The notes beneath the pieces are model-generated. The model saw only the letters and a list, made by a program, of their open reading frames with translations. It did not search any database and had not been told where the DNA came from. The position numbers and the translations under genes are program-made. This document shows, piece after piece, positions 45,078 to 57,420 of a DNA stretch of 64,000 nt. The DNA is taken from assembly GCF_009914755.1 (NCBI RefSeq), contig NC_060932.1. One strand, given 5' to 3'. Every line of letters starts with the position of its first letter. The first letter of the stretch is position 1. Source of the DNA: the human T2T-CHM13v2.0 reference genome, Homo sapiens.

Positions 45078-45250
45078 TTAGAACTTCATGATCTTGGTTG
45101 CACATCAGAATCTCTAAGAATCTTTCAAAAAATGCCCATGTTCAGGCCTTACTCTTCAACAATTGATTTAAAATATCTGTAGGTAGAGTCTGGATATGAG
45201 TATTTTATAAAAATATTTTAGTTGAATTTGATGTGCAATGATTAAGGTAA
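45078..45250. mobile_element. MER5B-like hAT element
   Basis: CTTGGTTGCACATCAGAATC...AAAAATGCCCATGTTCAGGCC...TGATGTGCA. Confidence 0.6.
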
Positions 45251-45766
45251 ATGTTCAAGTCAACAACACTCATATGCATTGATATCCATGACGAAGCACT
45301 TTTCAGATTACGCAAACCACTAAATCTTGGCTTAAATAACAGAAATAAATAATATAGTCGCAAAAGTTTCCCTGTAATAAAATCAGAATCCTGACAGAAA
45401 GTAGGACCAAGAGGCTTAATATGGTAATAAACTTGGCAGATATATCTAAGAATCCTGTGCCACAAGATTTTAACTTTCTGAGATACTTTTCCACTTGCTA
45501 GGGGAAAACAGCCTCCTTTTTCCTAGTCAATATATAATTTTGTCCTTTTCTTAAATCACCTGAACTATTCAGGGCTTCCAGGCAATACACAGGAATAAAC
45601 ACCTAGAGAAATAATGTCCCCACTAAGAAAAAAAGTACTTTACTTTTTACTTTTTTATGCGATTTGGCATATAAAAAGCTTATATGTATGGGTAAAATCT
45701 TAACTTACCCTGAAGTGGATCCTAATACAATGCAGAAATGGCTTCTTAAAGTTTGAACATGTAATT

Positions 45767-45838
45767 CAAATGATATGATATGATATGGTAGAACAAATGA
45801 TATAATATGGTAGAACAAATGATATGATATGGTAGAAC
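45767..45838. repeat. 22-bp minisatellite, about 3 copies (CAAATGATATGATATGGTAGAA)
   Basis: Directly visible tandem copies. The first has an extra TGATA pentamer. Confidence 0.9.
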
Positions 45839-46353
45839 TGGCTTGGCAGATAACTGAGGGAGGTGTTGGAAGGCTTAAGATGAGGGAGAAGTTAAAATAA
45901 ATATAGTACATGAGAACAGAAAATCTTCCACACAACTATAATCACCAGGGCATCCCCAGGTGTGTTCTTTTCATTAAGACAAAAAGGGGCACAGGGGTAA
46001 TTGAGAAACTCAGTACAGGTTGTCTTTTCATGATAGAGCTGGCAGTAGACAATGCTGAAATGTTTCTGGGTCCTTCATATGAAAGAGGATGATAGAGGTA
46101 TTGATTAGAGACCTTATGGTGACATGTAATTATCAGAGACAATGTGAATATAATACACCACAACAGGAAGCAAAGCCAGAGTGGTACTTTTTCCTGAAGT
46201 CTTTGGTGGAGAGTAATAAAACACTTTATCTCCAGGTATAAGATGGATGGGAAGCAGGCTGTAATATTTCATGATTTATATAAAAAAGCAAATCAAGAAT
46301 TGACAGGCAAAAGATTGGTGTTATCTACATAGATTATCAAAATCTCTCATCCA

Positions 46354-47766
46354 GGACAGTCTCTTCAATAAATGGTGCTGAGAAAACTAGATATCCATAT
46401 GCAAAAGAATAAAACTAGACCCCTGTCTCTTGCCAAATACAAAAATCAAATCAAAATAGATTAAAGACTTAAATCTAAGACCTCAAACCATGAAACTACT
46501 AAAAGAAAACATTGGGAAAACTCTCCAGGACATTGGTCTAGGCAAAGACTTCTTGAGCAACACCCCACAGGCACAGGCAACCAAAGCAAAAATCAACAAA
46601 TGGGAGCACCTTAAATTAAAACGCTTCTGCACAGCAAAGGAAACAATCAACAAAGTGAAGGGAAAACCCATACAGTGGGAGAAAATATTTACAAGCTACC
46701 CATCAGACAAGGGATTACTAACCAAAATATATAAGGAGCTCAAGCAACTCTATGGGAAAAAATATAATCTGATTAAAAATTGGACAAAAGATCTGAATAG
46801 ACATCTCTCAAAAGATGACATACAAGTGGGAAACAGGCACATGAAAAGGTTCTCAACATCATTGATCATCAGAGAAATGCAAATCAAGACTATGATGAGA
46901 TATCATCTCAACCTGGATAAAATGGCTTTTATCCAAAAGACCGGCAATAATAAATGCTGGCAAGGATGTGGAAAAAAAAGGAACCCTCATACACTGCTGG
47001 TGGGAATGTAAATTAGTACAATGACTATGAATAAAAGTTTGGAGGTTCCTCAAAAAGCTAAAATAGACCTACCATATGATCCAACAATCCCAGTCCTAGG
47101 TATATATCCAAAAGAAGTGAAATCAGTATATTTAAGAGATATTTGCACTCCTATATTTACTGCAGCACCATTCACAATAGCCAAGATTAGGAAGCAGCCT
47201 AGGTGTCTATCAACAAATGAATAAAGAAAATGTACATATACACAATGAAGTACTATACCCACAAAAAAGAATGAGATCCTGTCCTTTGCAACAACATAGA
47301 TGAAACTGGAGGTCATTATGTTAAGTGAAATAAGCCAGGCATAGAAACAGAAATATTACATGTCCTCACTTATCTGTGGGAGATAAAAATTAAAACAATG
47401 AAACTCATGCAGATAGAGAGCAGGAAGATGATTACCAGAGGCTGGGAAGGGTAGTTGGGAGGTGGGGATGAAGGAGGAATGGTTAATGGGTATAGAAAAA
47501 TAGTTTGAAAGAATAAATAAGACCTAGTATTTGCTAGCACAACAGGGTGACTCTAGTAAAAAATAATTTCATTGTTCGTTTAAAAATAACAGAGTACAAT
47601 GAGATTGTTTGAAACATAAAGGATAAATGCTTAAGGTGATGGATACCATATTTATCCTGATGTGATTATTACGCTTTGTATGCCTGTATCAAAACATCTC
47701 ATGTACCTCATAAATACATACACCTACTATGTACCCACCAAAAATAAAAAGTATATTAAAGCAAAA
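46354..47766 (+). mobile_element. 5'-truncated L1MA2/L1MA3-like LINE-1
   Basis: ORF 46490..47011 ([13 protein letters not shown]...[11 protein letters not shown]) and 3'UTR GCTAGCACAACAGGGTGACT...CACCTACTATGTACCCAC. Degenerate TSD CAAAATCTCTCATCCAG (46338-46354) / CAAAATTACTCACCCAG (47767-47783). Confidence 0.9.
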
Positions 47767-48053
47767 CAAAATTACTCACCCAGTTTCTAGGTCTGAGTCA
47801 ATTCTTATGCCCTATCAATAGAAAAGGAGTCTAAATCCTCTTGAGAAAGAATTCTGTAAAGCTGTGTCAAATAAACAAAAATAGAAACAATAATATATAT
47901 GGTCTTTATTTTTCAAAGGGAAGTATAATAATTTACAGAGTAACTGTTCCCTGGAGAAGGGGAATACCATGATCCTTTGAAGTCTATGGATATAAGTGCT
48001 GAGCTGACACTGACAACAAGAGAAATGAAATGTCACTATAGTCTTCAGATTAG

Positions 48054-48462
<409 letters not shown>

Positions 48463-48557
48463 TTCTGTTTCTTGAATTCATAATTAGAAGAGGTATACTT
48501 GCTTGCTGATATTGCTCCTATTACTTCTCAGATCTCTGAATTAAGAGATATGTTGCT

Positions 48558-48958
<401 letters not shown>

Positions 48959-49539
48959 TCAGAGATTTCTGAAACTGAAGATTTAAAAGAGTGTGAGGTA
49001 ATGATTCCCTTCTTTTCCTCTTTCAATCCAACAGTGTATTCCCTGCAAAAATGAGATGGACTGATGCAAGTTAATAACAGACTACTAGAAACTTGATCAC
49101 GGGGTACTTTTAATCACAGCTACTAAGTAAATGTGTCACTTTTACTGGAACAAAACAATAGTTTCTGATAATTGATATGTGATGAATAATCTTGTGAATA
49201 TGCTCTTTTCAACTCCCAAGAACAAAAAAAAGATCAAAGCAGTTTGCCTTCACATTTACATGGGAAGGATAGTAGTATGGATTCATGACTACCCTGAACC
49301 CATGTTGATTCATATACTCTTGTTCTCAATATATTTTACAAAGACATTAATTATCTTGGTATGTTATTAGAGTTTTAAATCATCTAGTTACTTTACATGA
49401 GATTAAAATATTTTTAAATAATTTTTTAGCCCAGCTGTTGTCCTTTGAAAATGTACAACAGAAAGAAGATATATTGCTATAAGGACAAATGAGTTAGGCA
49501 ACATAACTATCTTCTAAACAAACCCTGCTCTTGGTATTT

Positions 49540-50280
49540 CTTCATCACCTCACTCATTACCACCCTAGTTTAATCCATTCTCATCTCTTACTGTGACTAA
49601 TGCAATACCTCTAACTAATCTTATGATTTCTACCCTTGAGTTTCAAACCTTCAAACAGATGCCAGAGTGATCTCTGAAAGAGGGAAATTAATATACAGCA
49701 GTCCTCTTCTCAAACTCCTCAATGACTATTCCACTTCCATAGAATTCAATCTAAACAATTCACCATGGTTCTGGTGTTCAATGTCAGTGAACTCATTTTC
49801 TACTACTTTGTATTTTTCTGAACTTATCTTCTGCTACCCTCCCCTGAATCAGTCTTCTCTATGTTCTTGCTTCCCTCAAAAACACACCAAGCTTATTCCA
49901 ACTTCAGGTGTCTTTCACTTGCTGCTCTCCTGGGCTGAGAACTTCTTGGCTTAGATTTTGCATAGCTTATTCAATCATTTTATTCAGGCCCCTATTCATA
50001 TGTCAGCTCCAGAGACAGAGTCTCCGGGACCCTATTTAAATTGGCCACATCCATTTCCCTTCATATATATTATCATTTTATGCCTTTACAATGCTTTATT
50101 TTATTAGAACCATCAAATCTTATATTTATATTTATTTTTTCATTTGTAAGAATCTAATGTATGCTTTAGAATGTGAGTTTTATAAAGGCATGGAGGTATT
50201 ATTGATGTTTATCACTATATTTCTAGGACCCAAGATAATGCCTAGAGCATAAATTTTTGTTGGATAAGTAAATGAACTAA
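49540..50280 (+). mobile_element. L2 3' region
   Basis: Degenerate L2a motifs (ACAGATGCCAGAGTGATC; AAACACACCAAGCTTATTCCAACTTCAGG; TAGAATGTGAG; AAATTTTTGTTGGATAAGTAAATGAA). Confidence 0.7.
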
Positions 50281-50667
50281 GGCTATTCTATAACAAAGGA
50301 AACACAGTAGACTTAAAAATTTACATCAGTTTGTACTCAAATGTACTTGGATAAAAATAAACATAATCCATTTGTTTCTGATGGTAACATATTTTGCCCT
50401 TGTCTACAAAGTATATTTTGGCTAAATATAATTATTAGGATTTTAGAATGCAAGTAACCTTTTCTCCTTCCCGGGTTGGATGTTGAAAGAGAAAACATGC
50501 AAGAATCATTGGTGAAATGGAGAGTAAAACATTGAAGTCATTAATAACTTTAATCAACATCCTAAAATTTCTATTCCTAAATTCTGAGAAAACTCAGATT
50601 GGAGGACATGACTTGAGTAAGAGGCTGAAGTGGAGGTCTCCTACCTACATATTTACTCTATATGGTG

Positions 50668-51072
50668 TGTTAAAAAGAAAAACTTCAGCTGAATTAAATT
50701 TAAAGGAGCTTAATTGAGCAATGAAAGATTCACAAATTGGGCAGCCCCCAGAAACACAGAAGATTTAGTGGGATTCCAGAGCAGCCACATGGTGGAAGAA
50801 GATTTATAGACAAAAAAAAAAGGGGAAATGACATACAGAAATCGGAAGTGAGGTACAGAAACAACTGGATTGGTTACAGCTTGGCATTTGCCTTTTTTGA
50901 ACACGGTTTTAACAGTTGGCTGTGTTTTGTTGGCTAACACTCAGTGATTGGCACAGATGTGGGCTATAGTCTGTTTACATCTCCACTTGTTATAATTCAT
51001 GATGTACAGAAAAAACCTTTAGGCTGAACTGAAACATGTAAGAAGGCAGCTTCAGGCTAAACTTGATTAACA
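50668..51072 (-). mobile_element. MER57-type (ERV1) solo LTR
   Basis: TG...CA termini. The - strand begins TGTTAATCAAGTTTAGCCTGAAGCTGCCT. 4-bp TSD GGTG at 50664-50667 and 51073-51076. Confidence 0.85.
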
Positions 51073-51279
51073 GGTGAGACCTACATTTACGAATGTTTCT
51101 AAATTATGATTTTGTTGGTAGAGCAAAATATCTAAGACACACCTCACATACTCAATAACCAGAAGATCAAAGAAAACTGTCAGTTTCTGCCCAAGAAAGA
51201 CCTGCCAATGTCAAGCCTTTCACTCTCCCTGCAAACATGTAATATGCTCCCACTTCAATCTTATTTTCAGAAGATAATT

Positions 51280-52900
51280 TCACATGCTAATTTATAGAGA
51301 AAAAGCATTCATATAACAGAAACTCCCTCAAAATTATTTTTACTAACTCCCCACATCTACGTGTATATTTTTATACCTACCCTATTCTTAAAGTGGAGAA
51401 CGTATTCCTTCTCAAGTAAATTACCCAGGTTGTGGTCTGAATCCCTCTCCCTCTTGTTTCCTGAGGAGACTTGCCTCATCATTTAAGCCATCCTTGCTAA
51501 TTTCAGTCATTCTCTCTCTGCTAGATTCTTCCTACATCCAACATGTTCTCCAATATGTTCAAGTGTATCTAATATTGAAAACGAAAGTTAAACTAACTTG
51601 TTTGCAAAATCCCTCTTCCAGATACCATCCGATTTTTCCTCCTTTACAGTCAAACTTATTCTAAACAGTTAATTTTGTCTGGGAACAGCGGCTCACTCCT
51701 ATGATCCCAGTACTCTGCAGGGGCAGAGGCCAGGGGATTTTGAGGCCAGGAGTTTAAGACTAACCTGGGCCTCATAGAAAGACTCCATCTCTGCAAAAAA
51801 AAAAACTTTCAAAAATTAGCTGGGCATGGGTGGCATGTACCTGTAGTCCTAGCTACTCGGGAGCTCGAGGCAGGAGGATCACTTGAACCCAGGAGTTCAA
51901 GGCTGCAGTGAGCTACTACTGTGCCACTACACTATAGCCTGGGCAAAATAGCAAGACCCTGTCTGTCTCTGTCTCTGTCTCTCTCTATATATAAATATAT
52001 ATTTTTAAATATATATATATTTTCTCACTCATCACTCATCTGCTACTCTAATCTGGTTTAAACCCCTTTCGCTTCATCAAAGATCTTGATGAAGTGATTG
52101 AATCCTATGGGCTTTGATTACTCCTTATGTCAGTAAGTTACCACTGGTTTTCCTCTCCCTTTTTCTTACAACCATCTTTTTCTTTCACTTCTGTAATACC
52201 AGTTTACCTGATTTTTCTTCTATTTTTCTGGTTTCTTCTTTTTCATCTTCCCTTGAGACTCATCTTTCTCTACCAAATTAATAAATATTGTTTCTCAGGT
52301 CTCAGCCCTACACCATCATCTTAGTCTGTGACCTTTCCCTCACATGATTTCAGCTACCCTCATGATTTCAGTTATCCTGTTTACACTGGCAATTCCTAGA
52401 TGTGTATCTCTACAGACTTGTTCTGTAAGCTTCAGAAACCTATATCCAACTAGTAATTCGGCACCTCCACTCTGGTGAGACAAATATGTCCAAAACGAAA
52501 CCCATAACAGTTTTATTCCTAAAACCTGATCCACTTCTGTAGCTTCCAATGCAGTAATGCATCATAGCCATTATTCTGCAAGCCAAAGATCTAAGGGGCA
52601 TCTATGAAATCTCAGTGTCTCATTCCCCATAGAAGTCTTATTATTTATACCTCCAAATTACTCCCAAATCCACCCACATCTATTTCCACTACTCTTACCC
52701 TAATTGAAGCTGCCTACACATTTCTCACTGGGAAAACTGCAGCAGCCCCTTAACTCGTCCCATCACATCCACTTTTGCTTCATTCCAATTTGTTTTTCAT
52801 GTTGCACCCAGGTGATCTTTTCAAAATTAAAACCTAATTATGTTTCTTCTTACTTGAATTCATTTTCAAAGATTTCTCAATTACCCTCTGGAGAGAAAAC
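51280..52900 (+). mobile_element. Long degenerate L2 fragment interrupted by an AluJ
   Basis: Pyrimidine-rich L2 ORF2-like motifs (TATATCCAACT...CACCTCCACT...AAATATGTCCAAAACGAAAC; GCAAGCCAAAGATCTAAGGGGCATC). Confidence 0.6.
51678..52020 (+). mobile_element. AluJ (Jo/Jr-like) with tail replaced by CT/TA microsatellite
   Basis: GCAGGAGGATCACTTGAACCCAGGAGTTCAAGGCTGCAGTGAGCTA and GCAAGACCCTGTCT are AluJ diagnostics. Confidence 0.9.
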
Positions 52901-55308
52901 AGAATCACTATTGGCTAATAGAGCTTCACTCCTAGGGTTGAGGAAAGGTCCTGAAGCACATGGGTTACTATTAGCTGAGCAAAAAGAACATTCTCTTATT
53001 CAGGAAGAGGAGGATTGACAGCCAACACTGTCTGCTACCCTACCATTTAGCGAGGAACCCCTCTGAAAACATCTACTGTACTTTGCTTGGTGGCTATTCA
53101 AGTGGTTACAGATGGACATATGTAACCAATTTTCATTGACAAGAACAACCTTTTGTGGGATTACTAGTGACACTGAAATGGCCCACACTTTTAAATAGTT
53201 CTTCTGAAAGCTGACCACTACAGTCACAGCTAGGACACAAAATGCATTCCACCACCTAACCGGATTGCCTTTATTTCAAATAGCACTTCCCTGTCCTGGA
53301 AATGTAAATGGTCCACAAAGAGCGGCTACATTTCTTTATTGTTAGTGTGCTTGCACCTTTTTATACGACAGCTCTAGTCATTCAGCTTTCTCTGCCTATT
53401 TCCTTGTTTTCCTACTGACTCTATTGCGCACACCACAGCATGTCATTTCTCTCACTTTCTGTTTGTTCCTCACTGTTTCTCCTTTTCCTATAATGCATTC
53501 CAGACACATATCTCTGTGTCCTCAATATATGCAGAAACAGCATGAATTCCAATCATCAAGACAATAACAAAACCTTAGAACAGACAAAAAGAACATCCTT
53601 GCAATGGTGTCTTGTTTACTGAGTTGGTGGTTTGAATAGACTCTGCAGGGGATTATCTCTATAAAGCTATTGTACATGATATTGAGTTTTAAGGTCACTA
53701 AACAGTATGATTGACTGTAGATAAATTGAACCAGAGATGAACTTTTTTTTTTTTGCCTTTCCAATCCATATTCTTTTTTCATATTCTATTTTTCAGTACC
53801 ACTCCCAACCAACCATTGCCCCACTTCTGGATCTCACAGCTTTAAAGGGTCCAGGCCATAGCTCCCTACTGAGCCTTTACCTCTGAATTTTGTGTGTCTA
53901 TCTATGGCCAGTGGCAGGTCTCTGGATTTTGTGTATCTCTATGGCCAGCCATGAGATCCACCTATGATATAACGTTTGGCAATATATATGTAAACTTATC
54001 AAAAATTACTGGCTATGCTTCATTTAACCCCTAATATCTGAATAAGATGAATTAAATAAATTTGATGTACTAAGTCAAGATTATCTATGAGTTATTTTAA
54101 TAGCTTTCCAGATTATGTTTTCGTTTTAACAGCAGGCCCTTAAAAAATAACCCAGTGACCTATATATAAATTTAAAGTGCCCTACTGTGGTCAATAAGTC
54201 TTACATCACATAGGGAAGAGAGTGGTCATAGCTACTGGAATCCAGAGGCAGGTCTCAGAAATTTGCTTTAGTCATGTGTGAGTTAAAAAATTGTGTAACT
54301 ACCACCATGCTACAGAGTGAGTGTGGAACCTGGTAGTCAACTTTGCACATCACATTTTGTACTAGTAAGATTATGTGGATAAGAGACATAATAAACACAA
54401 ACTGAATAAGGTAAATCTGAAAAGTAGATTCACATTTCAAAAAAGGAAAATTGAGTTAGTACCTGCTAAGTATGCCATTTTCTTAAAGAAACTAATAATA
54501 ATTTAAGCATATTTTAATAGATGTAAATTAACTTTTAATATGAATACATTGGCTAAAGTATTAGTTACTCTTTAGGGGAAAGTAATGATAAGAAAGGGAC
54601 ATGACAGAAGTTTCTAGGGTCTTGATAATATTCTGTGAAATTTCATAGAGCTCTATTTTATAATTTGTGTGCATGTGCACAAGTGTGTGTATAGACATAT
54701 ATTTAATTTACATTTTTTTAATATGTCAAGAAATTTGAAGTGATATTTTTTAAAGAAGTTTGTCTCTTTTCCATGTAGGCCTATTCATTCTAATTTTGTA
54801 TTTCTTTTAGTCTCTGTATTCAACCTGTGAGTGGTCAATAACCAACTTTAGCAGGTTTGCTGAACTAAAAAAAAAAAATCAATAAAATACTCAGTGGTAA
54901 ATCTGCCCAGACAGGATAAGTTCATAAATCATTGCAACCTCTCTGCCCATGAGGCAGCGTCAACATGGATCAGTGATAAGAACCACTTATATCTGAATGC
55001 AGTAAAAACATTGATACTAGACCTAAAGTGTTCAAGGTTCCTCTATTTCTTCCATTACAAGTGAGGGTAAAAACCCAAGAGCCAGACAAATTCATAGGAA
55101 TTGAGAATTTCAAAACATTTTAGAGATCATTAATCACAACCCTTTCATTTCATAAATGACTAAATAGTAACCAAGAAATTAAATAACTTGTGTAAGGAGT
55201 CTCCCAACTTTGTGACAGAAATAGAATCAGACCTCAAGTCTCCCTCTTCTCAAGTCAGCACAGTTTCTGAGTTTCCTCTCCCCCAAACCAAAGAAAGCTC
55301 TTAACACA

Positions 55309-55858
55309 TAGTTTCCCCTTATCTGCAGGGGATATGTCCCAAGACCCCAGTGGATGCCTGAAACCACAGATAGTATATACAGGGTTTGGTACTATGTGCA
55401 AATCTATTTTTCCTTCCTCGCAATTTCATGGCTAGAAGATTCATTCTTACCGAGACTTTAGCAACTTCACCATAAGATTTTTTTCTTTATTAAATTTAGA
55501 ACTTTTACCTTTTTGGTTAAAAGAAGCACTTTTATGGCTTCTCTTTGGCATATACAAATTTTCAGCATGACTAATCTTGTGCTTTGGGTAATTTAATTTG
55601 AGTAATTTTAGGTAATTTAAGTAAAATAATAGTTACTTGATTATAAATACTGTGATCCCTCAACAGTCTATCTGATAATCAGGAGGGCTACTAAGTGACA
55701 GGCAGATTGTGTATGCAGCATGAAGACACATGTCCCAGGTGGGACGGAGCAGGATGGCAGGATGGTGTGAGACTTCAAAATGATATTCAGAAAGTTGTGC
55801 AATTTAAAACTTATGAATTGTTTATTTTTGGATTTGTCCATTTAAGGGAAGACCAATG
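55309..55858. mobile_element. Tigger2-family (MER8/MER28-like) DNA transposon with internal deletions
   Basis: CCCCTTATCTGCAGGGGATATGTCCCAAGACCCCAGTGGATGCCTGAAACCACAGATAGTA...GCAATTTAAAACTTATGAATTGTTTATTT. Confidence 0.75.
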
Positions 55859-56205
55859 TATGTGTGTATATGTGTGTATGTACATATTTTCCATGTATTC
55901 CCACCATATTCTTTTTTGAAAATAAAATGCTTCAGCTGCCATGGAGTTTCTCTATTAATTACTCTTCAAATAACATCTCTAAAATTGCTTCAGAATCATT
56001 TAGCTATTACAATGTGTATAGGTCAACTATTAAATTGTGGCTTCATTCATTAATTGACATTATTGAGTATCTAGTTTATGCCACACACTGCAAGTAGTGT
56101 TGATACTCAGAAATAATCAGGGAAATGGTATTTGTCATTGTAGTACATTAGGTCAATTGAGGAAACAGATAGATATTAAAATATTTATCAAAAAAGAAGT
56201 GCGTG

Positions 56206-56341
56206 TAATAAAGCATTTGACTCCATTTATGTTTGACTGCTGACAGCTTTTGAAATGTACCACTTTCTCTTCCCTTTCTGCCCTACATCTGGGCAAGCAG
56301 GTAAGAAAGCCCCAGCGCTCCCCGCTTTGGTTCCAGTGGGA
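56206..56341 (+). mobile_element. LTR fragment (MER54-like, ERVL)
   Basis: GACTCCATTT...TGTTTGACTGCTGACAGCTTT...ACATCTGGGCAAGC...TAAGAAAGCCC. Family name from memory and uncertain. Confidence 0.5.
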
Positions 56342-56439
56342 TACACCCATACCACCTCTGACACACACACACATTAGACATACATATATACATGAAAATT
56401 GCCAAGAAGAAAATAGACTTCATTTTTAGCAACCACCCA

Positions 56440-56687
56440 ATTATTCCAGAGTATTTTTGAGTACCTCCTATGTGCTGGAAACAGTACTAGGAGGTATGGC
56501 AGTTAGACAGTAAACAAGACAGACATGGCCTCTACCTTCACAGAATGAAGGAGGAGATTAAAACAAATCATTACAGTGGAAAGATAAGTGTTTTAATAGA
56601 TACGTACAGAAAACTGTGGGAGCTTATACATAGGCTAATAAGTCAAGTCTAGGAACTCATATCAGGCTTCCTAGAGGAAGTGATGTT
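56440..56687 (-). mobile_element. L2 3' end fragment
   Basis: TATTTTTGAGTACCTCCTATGTGCTGG...GTAAACAAGACAGACATGG...GGCTTCCTAGAGGAAGTGATGTT. Confidence 0.75.
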
Positions 56688-57126
56688 CATTTATTTATAT
56701 GTAGCTTTTAAGTTCAGGGGTACATGTGCAGGATGTGCAGGTTTGTTACATAGGCAAACATGTGTCATGGGGGCTTCTTGCATAGACTATTTCATCACCG
56801 AGGTCTTAAGCCTAGTATCCATTAGTTATTTTTTTTCCTGATCCTCTCTCTCCCCCCACCCTCCACCCTCCAATAGGCCTTACTGTGTGTTGTTCCCCTC
56901 TATGTGTCCATGTGTTCTCATTATTTAGGTCCCACTTATAAGTGAGAACATGCAGTATTTGGTCTTCTGCTCCTGCTTTAGTTTTCTAAGGATAATGGCC
57001 TCCAGCTCCATTCATGTCGCTGCAAAGAACATGATCTCTCTCATCAACTCAAATGTCCATCAATGATAGACTGGATAAAGAAAATGTGGTACATATACAC
57101 CAAGGAATACTATGTAGCCATAAAAA
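56688..57126 (-). mobile_element. Short 5'-inverted L1PA10-like insertion (3' end on - at 56688-57040, inverted piece on + at about 57042-57126)
   Basis: TTTTAAGTTCAGGGGTACATGTGCAGGATGTGCAGG is a reverse-complement L1 3'UTR, followed by CAAATGTCCATCAATGATAGACTGGATAAAG on +. TSD AGGAAGTGATGTT (56675-56687) / AGGAGGTGATATT (57127-57139). Confidence 0.9.
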
Positions 57127-57420
57127 AGGAGGTGATATTTAGACCAGGACAAAAAGGGTAAGAAGTGGAGGAAGGATAAGAGAGAAATGCAGTAACTCTT
57201 AATACCTCCTTCTCACTGCCCACCCCCACCACCCCTAGCTAAAGTTTATTTATCTCTTGGAATTTTGCAAAAGGAAATTTCCTGTAACAGTGTGGCGAAC
57301 TGTTTTCCTGAGCTAGGAAGGAGGAAGGAATAGAGAAAGTCCCTAGTGGGCAAATGAAGAAAGAGCAGAAGAGGCATTTGAGTGTGCCCAAATTCAAAAT
57401 ATAATTTAAAACATTGCTTT

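Noticed and set aside
45767-45838. Short direct repeats resembling a CRISPR array
   Set aside because: Tandem units with no unique spacers, no cas genes and a primate context. It is a minisatellite.
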